Positions 18,769 through 27,491 of a DNA stretch of 58,164 bases are shown piece by piece. The notes beneath the pieces are model-generated. The model did not search any database. It was not told where the DNA came from and saw nothing but the letters and a program-made list of their open reading frames with translations. A program made the translations under genes and the position numbers. The stretch covers positions 1 to 58,164 of the forward strand of contig JAKLKB010000028.1 of assembly GCA_023150835.1 (NCBI GenBank), given 5' to 3'. Source of the stretch: Myxococcota bacterium (GTDB taxonomy: Bacteria; Myxococcota_C; UBA6777). Numbering within the stretch: the first letter of the stretch is position 1; every line of letters starts with the position of its first letter.

Positions 18769-19710
18769 TCAGATAGCCGCTTGTTCGACCAAGAACGCCG
18801 CCAAACGCTTGATCAAGACCCCTTCCACGGGATCGTCGAAGTACGATATCGCAGGCGTTGGATTGCACTCAAACACCACAAAACGCCCATCTGCTTGGCG
18901 TCGCATATCGACCGCCGTCCAAGACAGCCCAAGCACCGACGCAGCGCGCACACACAACGCCCATGCTTCTTCTGAGATCACCGTAGGTCGGGCTTGATCG
19001 ACCGCCTCACGTGCATCCACCAACCCCTCCGTTGGCAACGAAAAGGCCGCCACAGGCTCGCCGTTCAACACATACGCTCGGAACTCTTCGCCTAGAATCT
19101 CCTCCTGAAACAGCACAGGGCAATGCGCCAATAACCCCAACCGTTCGGGCTGGAGATCGGCGCTCGACAAACGTCGCACCATCGCACCTCCCCCAAGCGG
19201 CTTGTAGATCACACGTGGATGTCGCTCAACAAACGCCAATAACGCCGAATGATCGGACGTTGCAAGGCTTTCAGGAACAGGGATGCCCTGCGCTTTCAAG
19301 CGCGCAAGCTGATGCAGCTTGAGTTCATGCAAACGCACCGAAGCCATCGGATTGATCATCCGCGTCCCTTGCTCTTCCAAGATCTCCAACACCGACGCAA
19401 TCAACGATTGACGTTCCCGCTCTGCGATGTACATCTCCTGCCAGATATCAAAGTTGCGCCGCGAAAATTGCTCGGGGTCGGTCGAAGGCACACCCGTGTG
19501 GATCGTCCGCAGATACACACAACGCAACGCATCCAAACGCTCCCCCTCATAAAGCAACGCTCCTCGATCGTACGTCAACGTTCGCGCTTCTGGAACAGCC
19601 GCCGTTTCCAACAGCCAAGGCAAACCACCCGCCCGCTCCACCGCCTTCATCACATACATCGCTTGCTCGTCTTGTCGGGATGCAACAATTCCGACACACT
19701 TCTTCTCCAC
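18769..19710 (-). CDS. ATP-grasp ligase, RimK-like / graspetide synthetase (MvdC/D, PsnB)-like
   Basis: INP...KLHQL..GIPVPESLATSD; IYKPLGGGA; PVLFQEEI; VDAR at the DxR position; AVDMRR..DGRFVVFECNP; N-terminal S..DE.A.YV like peptide-maturase ATP-grasps. Confidence 0.85.
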   Translation of the reverse strand: MEKKCVGIVASRQDEQAMYVMKAVERAGGLPWLLETAAVPEARTLTYDRGALLYEGERLDALRCVYLRTIHTGVPSTDPEQFSRRNFDIWQEMYIAERERQSLIASVLEILEEQGTRMINPMASVRLHELKLHQLARLKAQGIPVPESLATSDHSALLAFVERHPRVIYKPLGGGAMVRRLSSADLQPERLGLLAHCPVLFQEEILGEEFRAYVLNGEPVAAFSLPTEGLVDAREAVDQARPTVISEEAWALCVRAASVLGLSWTAVDMRRQADGRFVVFECNPTPAISYFDDPVEGVLIKRLAAFLVEQAAI

Positions 19711-19784
19711 GATCTGGGTTCCTCACAGTGCTTGTTTTGTTGATAGGACCTACGCATTTGGATGGTTTGGTGTTTATTGATTCA

Positions 19785-19911
19785 GTTTTGTGGGGCGAGG
19801 TACCACACCCCGCAAGGGTGCACAGCCCCTTTGACCCCGTTTTGGCGAAGAGATCACAGATTTTTCAACACAACGGCTCTGTCGCTTGAGAGAGCGCGAT
19901 CACGGAGTTGG
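19785..19911 (+). repeat. Dispersed intergenic repeat family B, copy 2
   Basis: TTTTGTGGGG..CCCCGCAAGGG..CCCCTTTGACCCCGT..TTTTTCAAC..CGCTTGA..CACGG; sits between the precursor and ATP-grasp genes. Confidence 0.8.
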
Positions 19912-19957
19912 AGACAGTGTAGCTTGCAAGACAGCGGAACAACCAGAAAGAAGGGGC

Positions 19958-20782
19958 TTAGCGGAAGAGATCGCGGAGTAGGTTCGCAAGATCGGAGAGT
20001 TGGCTTCCAAGCGAGCCGGGAAGAGGCTCATCCGCACGAAACTTCATAATCGGTCCGCCATTTTGGGGAAACCCGATGTCGGGAAGGCTGGGGAATCCGC
20101 CGCCTTGGTTCGGCATCGGCTCATCCGCACGAAACTTCATGATCGGTCCGTTGCCACCGGGAAACGGGAACGTCGGGACTTGGGGCAAGCCCTCTTGACC
20201 GGGCATCGGCTCATCCGCACGAAACTTCATGATCGGTCCGTTGCCACCGGGAAATGGGAACGTCGGAGGTTTCGGTGAAGAGCCATCTTGACCGGGCAAC
20301 GGAACGTCTGCACGAAACTTCATGATCGGCCCGTTGCCACCGGGAAATGGAAACGTCGGAGTTTGAGTTGGAGGTGTGGGTTGTCCGCCGTCTTGGCCGG
20401 GTAGTGGGACATCTGCGCGCACTTTCATGATCGGCCCGTTTCCGCCCGGCAGTTGAGGATGTCCGCCGTCTTGGCCGGGCAGTGGGATATCTGCGCGCAC
20501 TTTCATGATCGGCCCATTGCCGCTCGGCAAATGGGGTTGCCCTCCCTCTTGGCCGGGTAATGGGACATCCGCACGAATCTTCATGATCGGCGGTTTGCCT
20601 TGCTGTTGGGATTGAACGAAGTTTTTGACCGCGTCAGCAGCCCCTTGAAAGCCTTTTGCAGCGCGTTCAAAAGCATCCGCAACTCGGCCCCCTCCGTCTT
20701 TCACACCTTGGTTTTGTTGCGTAGAAGAGGTTTTTTCGGTGGATTGGACGGGAGGTAGGTTCGGCTTTTGATTGATCTTCAT
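19958..20782 (-). CDS. Repeat-containing putative RiPP (graspetide) precursor, 274 aa, seven PIMKxRADxP(L/M)P cores
   Basis: AAGGAG RBS; about 60-aa non-repetitive N-terminus; cores at residues 65, 91, 117, 152, 183, 213, 244 separated by Gly/Pro linkers; synonymous variation between repeats supports coding; upstream of the ATP-grasp gene. Confidence 0.8.
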   Translation of the reverse strand: MKINQKPNLPPVQSTEKTSSTQQNQGVKDGGGRVADAFERAAKGFQGAADAVKNFVQSQQQGKPPIMKIRADVPLPGQEGGQPHLPSGNGPIMKVRADIPLPGQDGGHPQLPGGNGPIMKVRADVPLPGQDGGQPTPPTQTPTFPFPGGNGPIMKFRADVPLPGQDGSSPKPPTFPFPGGNGPIMKFRADEPMPGQEGLPQVPTFPFPGGNGPIMKFRADEPMPNQGGGFPSLPDIGFPQNGGPIMKFRADEPLPGSLGSQLSDLANLLRDLFR

Positions 20783-20808
20783 CTTGTGCTCCTTAGCGAT
20801 AACGCTAT

Positions 20809-20838
20809 GCATCGTATGGAGATATCTCCATGCGATGC
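20809..20838. promoter_or_regulatory. 30-bp near-perfect dyad upstream of the precursor gene (possible operator or hairpin)
   Basis: GCATCGTATGGAGAT|ATCTCCATGCGATGC, one mismatch. Confidence 0.45.
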
Positions 20839-20868
20839 TTGGTTTTGTTGAACGGGCATCAACCAAAG

Positions 20869-20895
20869 GTATCGTCAAGAGCGAGGCAAAGTTGC
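20869..20895 (-). promoter_or_regulatory. Possible sigma28 (FliA)-like promoter of the precursor gene
   Basis: GCAACTTT-N11-GACGATAC versus E. coli consensus TAAAGTTT-N11-GCCGATAA (5/8 and 6/8 matches). Confidence 0.3.
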
Positions 20896-20908
20896 GTGCG
20901 AGTGCGGC

Positions 20909-23047
20909 TCAGACCTTCTCAAAGAACCGTTCGCTCGCTGCAGCCATCTTTTTCAAGATCGCGGGGGCAGCGTAGCGCGTACCGTAGCGCTCGGCGAATG
21001 CCGTCAGCGTTGCAACAGCGTTGTTTAGCCCGATGCGATCGAGGTAAGAGAACGGCCCTCCTGTGTTCGGTGCAAACCCCACACCGAAGATCGCCCCAAG
21101 ATCGGCATCGCGATGATTGCGCAAAACGCCCGACTCAAGGGCCTTGAGCGCTTCCACGCACTGAATCAACAACAAGCGCTGTTGCACCAAGGTCTCGCTG
21201 CTTTCAGCAGGCATTTGTGCAACCAGCGACTTCAAGCCATCCCAAAAGCCCTTGCGCCGGCCATCTTCGTAGTTGTAAAAGCCCGCCCCTGCGGCTTTTC
21301 CGTTGCGTTTGTGGATATCCACAAGCTGCTTGAGAAGCTCCACTCCCGCAAGCTTCAGTTCGGTTCCAAGGTACTTTTCGCCTTGCTCGATGCCGTGTCG
21401 TCCGAGGCTCAGGCTGACTTCATCAAAGACTTGCAGCGGTCCCACGACCATTCCTGCGCTACGGGCCGCCCATTCGATCAAGGCGGGAGGATGGCCTTCG
21501 GCGAGCAACTGCACACCTTCGAGCGCGTACGCGGAGAACACGCGGGTGGTATAAAAGCCGTAGCCATCGTTGACAACGATCGGAAGTTTTTTGATGGCTT
21601 TACAGTAGTGAAGGCAGCGCGCCAAGGTATCTTGGGAGGTTTCGGCTCCCATGATGATCTCCAACAGGGGCATCTTTTCAACGGGAGAGAAGAAGTGCAT
21701 CCCGATAAATCGGTCTTTTTGTTTGGAGACGATCGCGAGATCGTTCATCGGCAACGCAGAAGTATTGGAGGCCCAGATGCCGTTTGCAGCGAGCAATCCT
21801 TCGAGTTCTTGGTTGACTTGGTGCTTGATCTCAAGCTTTTCAAAGACGGCCTCGATGATCAAGTCGCATCCTTCGAGATCTGCGGACGCAAGCGTCGGTT
21901 TGATGCGTGACGCAAGCTGCTTTTTCCCCGCTTCATCGAGTTCTCGGCGCTTGCTGACTTCCCCAAGACAATGCTCCATCCCGCGATCCAAGGCTTCTTG
22001 ACGGATATCTTTGAGGACGACTTCGTAGCCGCGCAACGCGCTCGTAAACGCCAGTCCTGCGCCCATCATCCCCGCCCCCAAGATGCCGATCTTGCGGATG
22101 CCGCCCTCTTCGACCGAGGGCAGACCGTCGTGCTTTTCAGCAGCAGTGCGATGATACCAGATGGTGCGCAGCATGTCCTTGGCCTGATCGCTTGTGACCA
22201 TCCCCGCGAAGTAGCGCGATTCAACCACCAAACCTGCATCAAAAGTCAACTGCGTCCCTTCTTGGACCGCAGAGAGCGCAGCTTCGGGGCCTTTGAAAGC
22301 CCCTGCTGTCTTCTTAAATAGCATCGCGCTGGCCGCCATCAAGAGATTGCGCGCATCCCCTGTAGCGGGCTGAGGCCCGGGAAACGCAAACCCCTCTCGA
22401 TCCCAAGGCTGTTTGGCCCTCGGATGTGCGGCGATCCATGCTTCGGCCTTGGTGCGAGCAGCTTGGGCATCGACAGCGAGATCGTCGATCAGTCCGGCAT
22501 CTTTGGCTTGTGCTGGCCGATACAGCTTTCCTTGCAAGATCGCTTCGAGCGCTGCTTGCAATCCGATCAAGCGCGGCAAACGCTGCGTCCCGCCCATCCC
22601 GGGCAACAGCCCCAACGACACTTCGGGCAAGCCGATCTGGATCTTGGGATCATCGACAGCGATCCGTGCATGGGCCGCCAATGCAAACTCGTACCCCCCG
22701 CCCAACGCCGACCCCGCCAACAAACAAACCACAGGGTATTTCAGCGTCTCCAAGCGCCGCAGCAAGCCGTGTAGCTGCATCACCCCCTCACGAGCCGCCG
22801 CTGCATCGCGCTGTTTGTACATCACGTCGATGTCACCACCCACACAAAAGTTTTTGTGCGCGCTGTCCAGAATCAGACCCTTCAAGCCCGTCAGCGACGA
22901 AAGCCAATCCAGCCCCATCGCAAGGCCCACACCAAACGCCTCGTTGATCTTGTTCGCTCCATCGGGCATCGCAAAGGTCAACGTCGCGATGCCTGTGTTT
23001 GGATCGAAATGCTGCAAAAATGCCGGATTCTTCTGTATCTGTGTCAT
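20909..23047 (-). CDS. fadB: Fatty acid oxidation multifunctional enzyme (enoyl-CoA hydratase / 3-hydroxyacyl-CoA dehydrogenase)
   Basis: ALGGGYE, IGLPEVSLGLLPGMGGTQRLPRL, GILGAGMMGAG, IIEAVFE, ASNTSAL, GMHFFSPV. Confidence 0.92.
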   Translation of the reverse strand: MTQIQKNPAFLQHFDPNTGIATLTFAMPDGANKINEAFGVGLAMGLDWLSSLTGLKGLILDSAHKNFCVGGDIDVMYKQRDAAAAREGVMQLHGLLRRLETLKYPVVCLLAGSALGGGYEFALAAHARIAVDDPKIQIGLPEVSLGLLPGMGGTQRLPRLIGLQAALEAILQGKLYRPAQAKDAGLIDDLAVDAQAARTKAEAWIAAHPRAKQPWDREGFAFPGPQPATGDARNLLMAASAMLFKKTAGAFKGPEAALSAVQEGTQLTFDAGLVVESRYFAGMVTSDQAKDMLRTIWYHRTAAEKHDGLPSVEEGGIRKIGILGAGMMGAGLAFTSALRGYEVVLKDIRQEALDRGMEHCLGEVSKRRELDEAGKKQLASRIKPTLASADLEGCDLIIEAVFEKLEIKHQVNQELEGLLAANGIWASNTSALPMNDLAIVSKQKDRFIGMHFFSPVEKMPLLEIIMGAETSQDTLARCLHYCKAIKKLPIVVNDGYGFYTTRVFSAYALEGVQLLAEGHPPALIEWAARSAGMVVGPLQVFDEVSLSLGRHGIEQGEKYLGTELKLAGVELLKQLVDIHKRNGKAAGAGFYNYEDGRRKGFWDGLKSLVAQMPAESSETLVQQRLLLIQCVEALKALESGVLRNHRDADLGAIFGVGFAPNTGGPFSYLDRIGLNNAVATLTAFAERYGTRYAAPAILKKMAAASERFFEKV

Positions 23048-23057
23048 CTGTTCTTCC

Positions 23058-24263
23058 TCACACGCGCTCAATAATCGTTGCGATGCCCATCCCACCCGCA
23101 ATGCAGGCAGTCACAAGTCCCGTCGTCTGGTCCCGATCTTCCAAGGCATCCAACACCGTCCCCAACAACATCGCTCCTGTCGCACCCAACGGATGCCCCA
23201 ACGCGATCGCACCTCCATGCGGATTGACGATCTCAGGCGAGACACCAAACGCCTGCATAAAGGCCAAAGGAACGGCTGCAAAGGCTTCATTGACTTCGAT
23301 CAGATCGATATCTCGGATATCCATCCCCGCTTTTTTGAGCGCCTTGCGCGTCGCTGGGATCGGCCCATCCAACATCAAGATCGGCTCATCCCCCACCACC
23401 GCCGCAGCGCGAATGCGTGCGCGAGGTTTGAGTCCCAACGCGGCTCCTTTTTCTTTGCTCGCCAACAACACGGCTGCTGCGCCATCCACGATGCCCGACG
23501 AATTGCCTGCTGTATGGATATGCTCGATCCGCTCGATATGCGGGTAAGCTCGCTTGGTGATGGTGTCCAAACCAAACTGTTCACCCATCATCTGAAACGC
23601 GGGTCGCAAGGCCGACAGCCCTTCAAACGTCGCATCGGGCCGAGGGAACTCATCACGCGCCAAGACGACTTCACCGTTTTGATCGCGCACCGCCACAATA
23701 CCGCGTTGAAAACAGCCCTTTTCGATCGCTTCGACCGCACGCTTTTGACTGCGAAACGCAAACTGATCCACCTCTTCACGCGAAAATCCCCGCAACGTCG
23801 CCAGCAGATCCGCCGCCACTCCCTGCGGAACCGTCCCCACGCGCCATTGGTTGGTCGCGTCCCACATCGCCCCACCATCCGAACCCATCGGAACACGAGA
23901 CATACTTTCCACACCACCCGCGATCATCAGATCCACAAATCCCGCTGCGATCTGCCCCACCGCATAATGCACCGCCTCCAAACCCGAGCCACAAAAGCGA
24001 TTCAACGTCACTCCCGCAGCCACCTGATCAAAACCCGCCTCCAACGCCGCTGCTCGGGCAATACAACTTCCTTGCTCTCCTGTCTGCGTCACACAACCCA
24101 TCACCACATCTTCCACTTCCCGAGTGTCCAACCCCTGACGCGCTTGCAACGCCTTCAACACCGTCACCACCAGATCCACAGGACGCACCGTATAAAGAGC
24201 CCCGTTGTTTTTGCCCTTCCCTCTAGGCGTTCGCACCACATCGTAAATGTACGCTTCTCCCAT
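23058..24263 (-). CDS. fadA: Acetyl-CoA C-acyltransferase (thiolase)
   Basis: NRFCGSG, AGGVESMS, EVNEAFA, GGAIALGHPLGATG, CIAGGMG; operon with fadB. Confidence 0.93.
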   Translation of the reverse strand: MGEAYIYDVVRTPRGKGKNNGALYTVRPVDLVVTVLKALQARQGLDTREVEDVVMGCVTQTGEQGSCIARAAALEAGFDQVAAGVTLNRFCGSGLEAVHYAVGQIAAGFVDLMIAGGVESMSRVPMGSDGGAMWDATNQWRVGTVPQGVAADLLATLRGFSREEVDQFAFRSQKRAVEAIEKGCFQRGIVAVRDQNGEVVLARDEFPRPDATFEGLSALRPAFQMMGEQFGLDTITKRAYPHIERIEHIHTAGNSSGIVDGAAAVLLASKEKGAALGLKPRARIRAAAVVGDEPILMLDGPIPATRKALKKAGMDIRDIDLIEVNEAFAAVPLAFMQAFGVSPEIVNPHGGAIALGHPLGATGAMLLGTVLDALEDRDQTTGLVTACIAGGMGIATIIERV

Positions 24264-24447
24264 GCTCACACTCCTCTTCGTTCACACACAACACCCACAC
24301 GCTCCAAAGCAAGCAGGCCCCAAATCAAACAAGATGCCCGCCCTCGCATCTTACAACGCGAGGTCATGGCTCTCCTGCGCGTGACATCTTGCACGCTTCA
24401 CCGTTTCTCAACAAGTCTGGTGTCTGGTTTTTTTCTTGTTATATGGT

Positions 24448-24575
24448 GTTGTGGGGCGCTGCCCCAGACCCCGCAAGGGACCAAAGGCCCCTTGACCCCG
24501 TGTTGGCGGCGTGAGCAGGTGTTTTTCAAACAAACGACGGCTCCGCTTGACAGGGCGCGAACACGGGAGTTTGGG
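24448..24575 (+). repeat. Dispersed intergenic repeat family B, copy 3
   Basis: GTTGTGGGGCGCTGCCCCAGACCCCGCAAGGG..CCCCTTGACCCCGT..TTTTTCAAAC..CGCTTGA..GCGAACACGG. Confidence 0.85.
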
Positions 24576-24676
24576 TGAGGGGGGTCTCGTGTTGTGAGAT
24601 GGCGGCTTGGGGCGGCAGGATCTCTCGATCGCAAATGGCGGATTGATGAGCAGGATTCATCCGCGCAGAAAACGGG

Positions 24677-24705
24677 TTGGCAGAACGCGCTGTCTGTGGT
24701 AGGGT
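24677..24705 (+). promoter_or_regulatory. Putative sigma70 promoter upstream of FKBP
   Basis: TTGGCA-N17-TAGGGT with extended -10 TG. Confidence 0.4.
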
Positions 24706-24821
24706 GCGCCGCGTTGTGAGGCGGTGGCTCGACGCCGGGTGGCGTCTTCTATCCTGACGGGAGTTCCGTCCTCATCGACACCTCACAAACCCTCACACCC
24801 ACAAAACAAGGATCACAGATC

Positions 24822-25154
24822 ATGGCAAACCTTCAAATCGAAGAGCTTCAAATCGGCACAGGCGAAGAAGCCAAAGCAGGCATGAGCGTAAGCGTCCATT
24901 ATACGGGCTGGTTGACCAACGGAACCAAGTTCGATTCCTCACTTGACCGAAACAGCGCCTTTTCCTTTGAGCTGGGTGCAAGCCAAGTGATCAAAGGCTG
25001 GGACCAAGGCGTCGCAGGCATGAAAGTAGGCGGAAAACGCAAACTCACCATCCCACCCGAACTCGGCTACGGCGCACGCGGTGCAGGTGGTGTCATCCCC
25101 GGCAACGCTACCTTGATCTTTGAAGTCGAGTTGCTTGGCGTCAAAAAGCGCTAG
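24822..25154 (+). CDS. FKBP-type peptidyl-prolyl cis-trans isomerase
   Basis: [55 protein letters not shown]. Confidence 0.97.
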   Translation: MANLQIEELQIGTGEEAKAGMSVSVHYTGWLTNGTKFDSSLDRNSAFSFELGASQVIKGWDQGVAGMKVGGKRKLTIPPELGYGARGAGGVIPGNATLIFEVELLGVKKR

Positions 25155-25460
25155 TCTTTTGCCCAAGGCATATTAAAGGGGCGACCGACGCTAGGTTAAT
25201 CCTCCCGTCCTTGGAGTCGTGCCAACCACGCATCGAATTAAGGACTCTGCCCTCGTAATCTCCGACAACAGTGACACGCGACCCCATAAAAAATGGGTCG
25301 TCACCACCGCCCTTGCGCAAGATAAATTCTTGCAAGTTTCGGGAACGCAGCATCCAACCTAACATCTCAAAGAATCGAAAAGCCCTCGATCGAGACCTCT
25401 GCGATTCGCTGTGGGAGTTGTGTGAGCCTGTCCGTCCGCTGCTCTATGTCCCGATACACG

Positions 25461-25744
25461 GGCGGTTCGCGAACCGCCCCTACGCAAACATGGCCTTGCA
25501 TCGAACACGGAGCGAACGAAAGAATCGTAGACAAAGCAAACGCAAACAGACATCAAAAGACGGAGGATACGACATCCGTGTCTGGTGTGAGCAAAGGGTG
25601 GGGCGTATTGCATACGCCCTTGCCCCATTCACGGGGATGTTCATCGCCCTGTACGAGCAGGCAACCTGCGGATTTGATATGACGCAGTGGAAAAGGGAAA
25701 GCGTGAAGAATCAACCCGTTGTAGGGGCAGTTCGCGAACCACCC
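25461..25744. repeat. Pair of oppositely oriented GTAG-type REP palindromes (variant GTTCGCGAAC core)
   Basis: GGCGGTTCGCGAACCGCCCCTAC at 25461-25483 and GTAGGGGCAGTTCGCGAACCACCC at 25721-25744. Confidence 0.65.
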
Positions 25745-25822
25745 GCGCCTGAACCCGTTGGAGGGGCTTTACAGACGAAGTGTCCGAGTGTTCGCCGCCC
25801 AACGGCGCAACCGACGGGTGGA

Positions 25823-27238
25823 TCACTTGATGGGGGCTTTGAAGTTCTTGACTTCGACATCTTTGTATTTGGCGAGTTTGCGATACAAGGTAGCGCGTCC
25901 GATGTGGAGATTACGGGCGGCGTGCTCAACGCTGCCTTTGGTGAGGCGCAAGGCGTTGAGGATGGCTTGTTTTTCCAACTCTTCGAGAGGAATGATCGAG
26001 TCGGTGACATCGCCACGAACGGCGAGGCGAGCTTGTTGTGTACGAAAGAGCCGTTTGGGGAGAGCTTCGAGGGGGATCCATTCGTGATCGGTCGAGACGA
26101 CGGCGCTATTGACGACGTTGGCGAGTTCGCGCACGTTGCCCGGCCAATGGTAGCCGAGCAGTGCTTCCATCGCTTGTTCGGAAAATCCTTGGATCTGCCG
26201 TTCGGATTCGTGCTGAAACTTCTTGGTGAAATACTGGATCAGCAATGGGATATCATCTTTTCGCTCTCGCAAAGAGGGCAAATACACGGTGTATCCGGCA
26301 AGTCGATAATACAGATCTTCACGAAATGCGCCTTCTTGAACCATGGTTTCGAGGTTTCGATTGGAAGCACAGATCACGCGCACATCGACTTGGATCAGCC
26401 GCGTTCCGCCCACACGGATCAAGGACTGTTCCTGCAAAACGCGCAGTAACTTGGCTTGGCTCAAAAAGCTCATCTCTCCGATCTCATCAAGAAACAACGT
26501 CCCGCCATCTGCCCGTTCAAAACAACCTTTTCGCGTGGAGTGCGCCCCCGTAAATGCGCCCTTTTCGTGTCCAAACAGCTCGCTTTCCAACAAGGTTTCG
26601 GGAATAGCAGCACAGTTGAGCGCAACAAACGGATGCACCCGCCTTGGTCCGGCATGGTGGATCGCGTTGGCGATTAATTCTTTGCCTGTGCCCGATTCAC
26701 CGTGAACATACACCGAGATCGAACTCGGTGCGACTTTGCGCACATCTTGAAAGACTTGTTCCATCGACTCCGAAGCGCCGATGATGTTCTGAAACTCGTA
26801 TCGCTCCTGAACTGCGGCCTCTAACTCTTCGACCTTGGCTTGGAGGGCATAACGCTCGACAGCATTGCGCATACTCGCCACCAATCGCTCACGCTCGACC
26901 GGCTTCACGAGATAATCGTAAGCGCCCAGTTTGATCGCTTGGAGCGCATCACGAGCCGTATCCGAGGCCGTCAAGATGATCACAGGCACCCAAACCCCCA
27001 TCGCTCGCATCTCTTGGAGCGCTTCGAGTCCCCCCATCACAGGCATCATCAGATCCATCACCACCGTCTGGGGACGCAACTCTCGCATCCCCTCGAACAT
27101 ATACCGAGCGTTCTCGAATTCTTCGACTTGATATCCCGCTTCTTCTAGCCATAAACGCAAGATCCCCCGCATATCCTCGTCGTCATCCACCACATACACC
27201 AACGGATGCAACAACCTCGCGTCTTTTTCTTTTCCCAT
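25823..27238 (-). CDS. Sigma54-dependent response regulator (NtrC family: REC-AAA+-HTH)
   Basis: VVDDD..MDLMMP..DYLVKP receiver; GESGTGKE, ESELFGHEKGAFTGA, LFLDEIG, WPGNVREL; C-terminal Fis-type HTH. Confidence 0.96.
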   Translation of the reverse strand: MGKEKDARLLHPLVYVVDDDEDMRGILRLWLEEAGYQVEEFENARYMFEGMRELRPQTVVMDLMMPVMGGLEALQEMRAMGVWVPVIILTASDTARDALQAIKLGAYDYLVKPVERERLVASMRNAVERYALQAKVEELEAAVQERYEFQNIIGASESMEQVFQDVRKVAPSSISVYVHGESGTGKELIANAIHHAGPRRVHPFVALNCAAIPETLLESELFGHEKGAFTGAHSTRKGCFERADGGTLFLDEIGEMSFLSQAKLLRVLQEQSLIRVGGTRLIQVDVRVICASNRNLETMVQEGAFREDLYYRLAGYTVYLPSLRERKDDIPLLIQYFTKKFQHESERQIQGFSEQAMEALLGYHWPGNVRELANVVNSAVVSTDHEWIPLEALPKRLFRTQQARLAVRGDVTDSIIPLEELEKQAILNALRLTKGSVEHAARNLHIGRATLYRKLAKYKDVEVKNFKAPIK

Positions 27239-27491
27239 CGTCAGCCTTCTTTCAAATTCTCGCTTCGAGCGGTGCGTGCCTTGGTACAGCAAGCACGCAC
27301 ACCCACGACAACACTCAACACGCACAAGATCGGCTTCTTTGGCACACGCACCAAAGTTTCGCAAGGAACCCCCCTTCCGCGCACGCTTGACAAACAACGT
27401 GTTTCGGGTTCCCAATACAAGAAGATACCTCCACAACGCTGCGAAGCGTCGATTCTTCGCGCAAACGTATGGCCCACATCAGAGAAACAAC

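Noticed and set aside
20909-24263. fadA/fadB as part of the RiPP cluster (lipidation)
   Set aside because: Ordinary beta-oxidation pair, separated from the precursor by a 126-nt gap with its own promoter-like signals; no evidence of a link.
22413-24578. 721-aa plus-strand ORF
   Set aside because: Antisense shadow of fadB and the thiolase gene; no recognisable motifs.
24714-24788. Purine riboswitch
   Set aside because: Similar three-way topology but lacks the conserved kissing loops and junction nucleotides; downstream gene is unrelated to purines.
25271-25822. Coding region between FKBP and the NtrC-type gene
   Set aside because: ORFs lack an RBS or recognisable content and overlap REP sequences.
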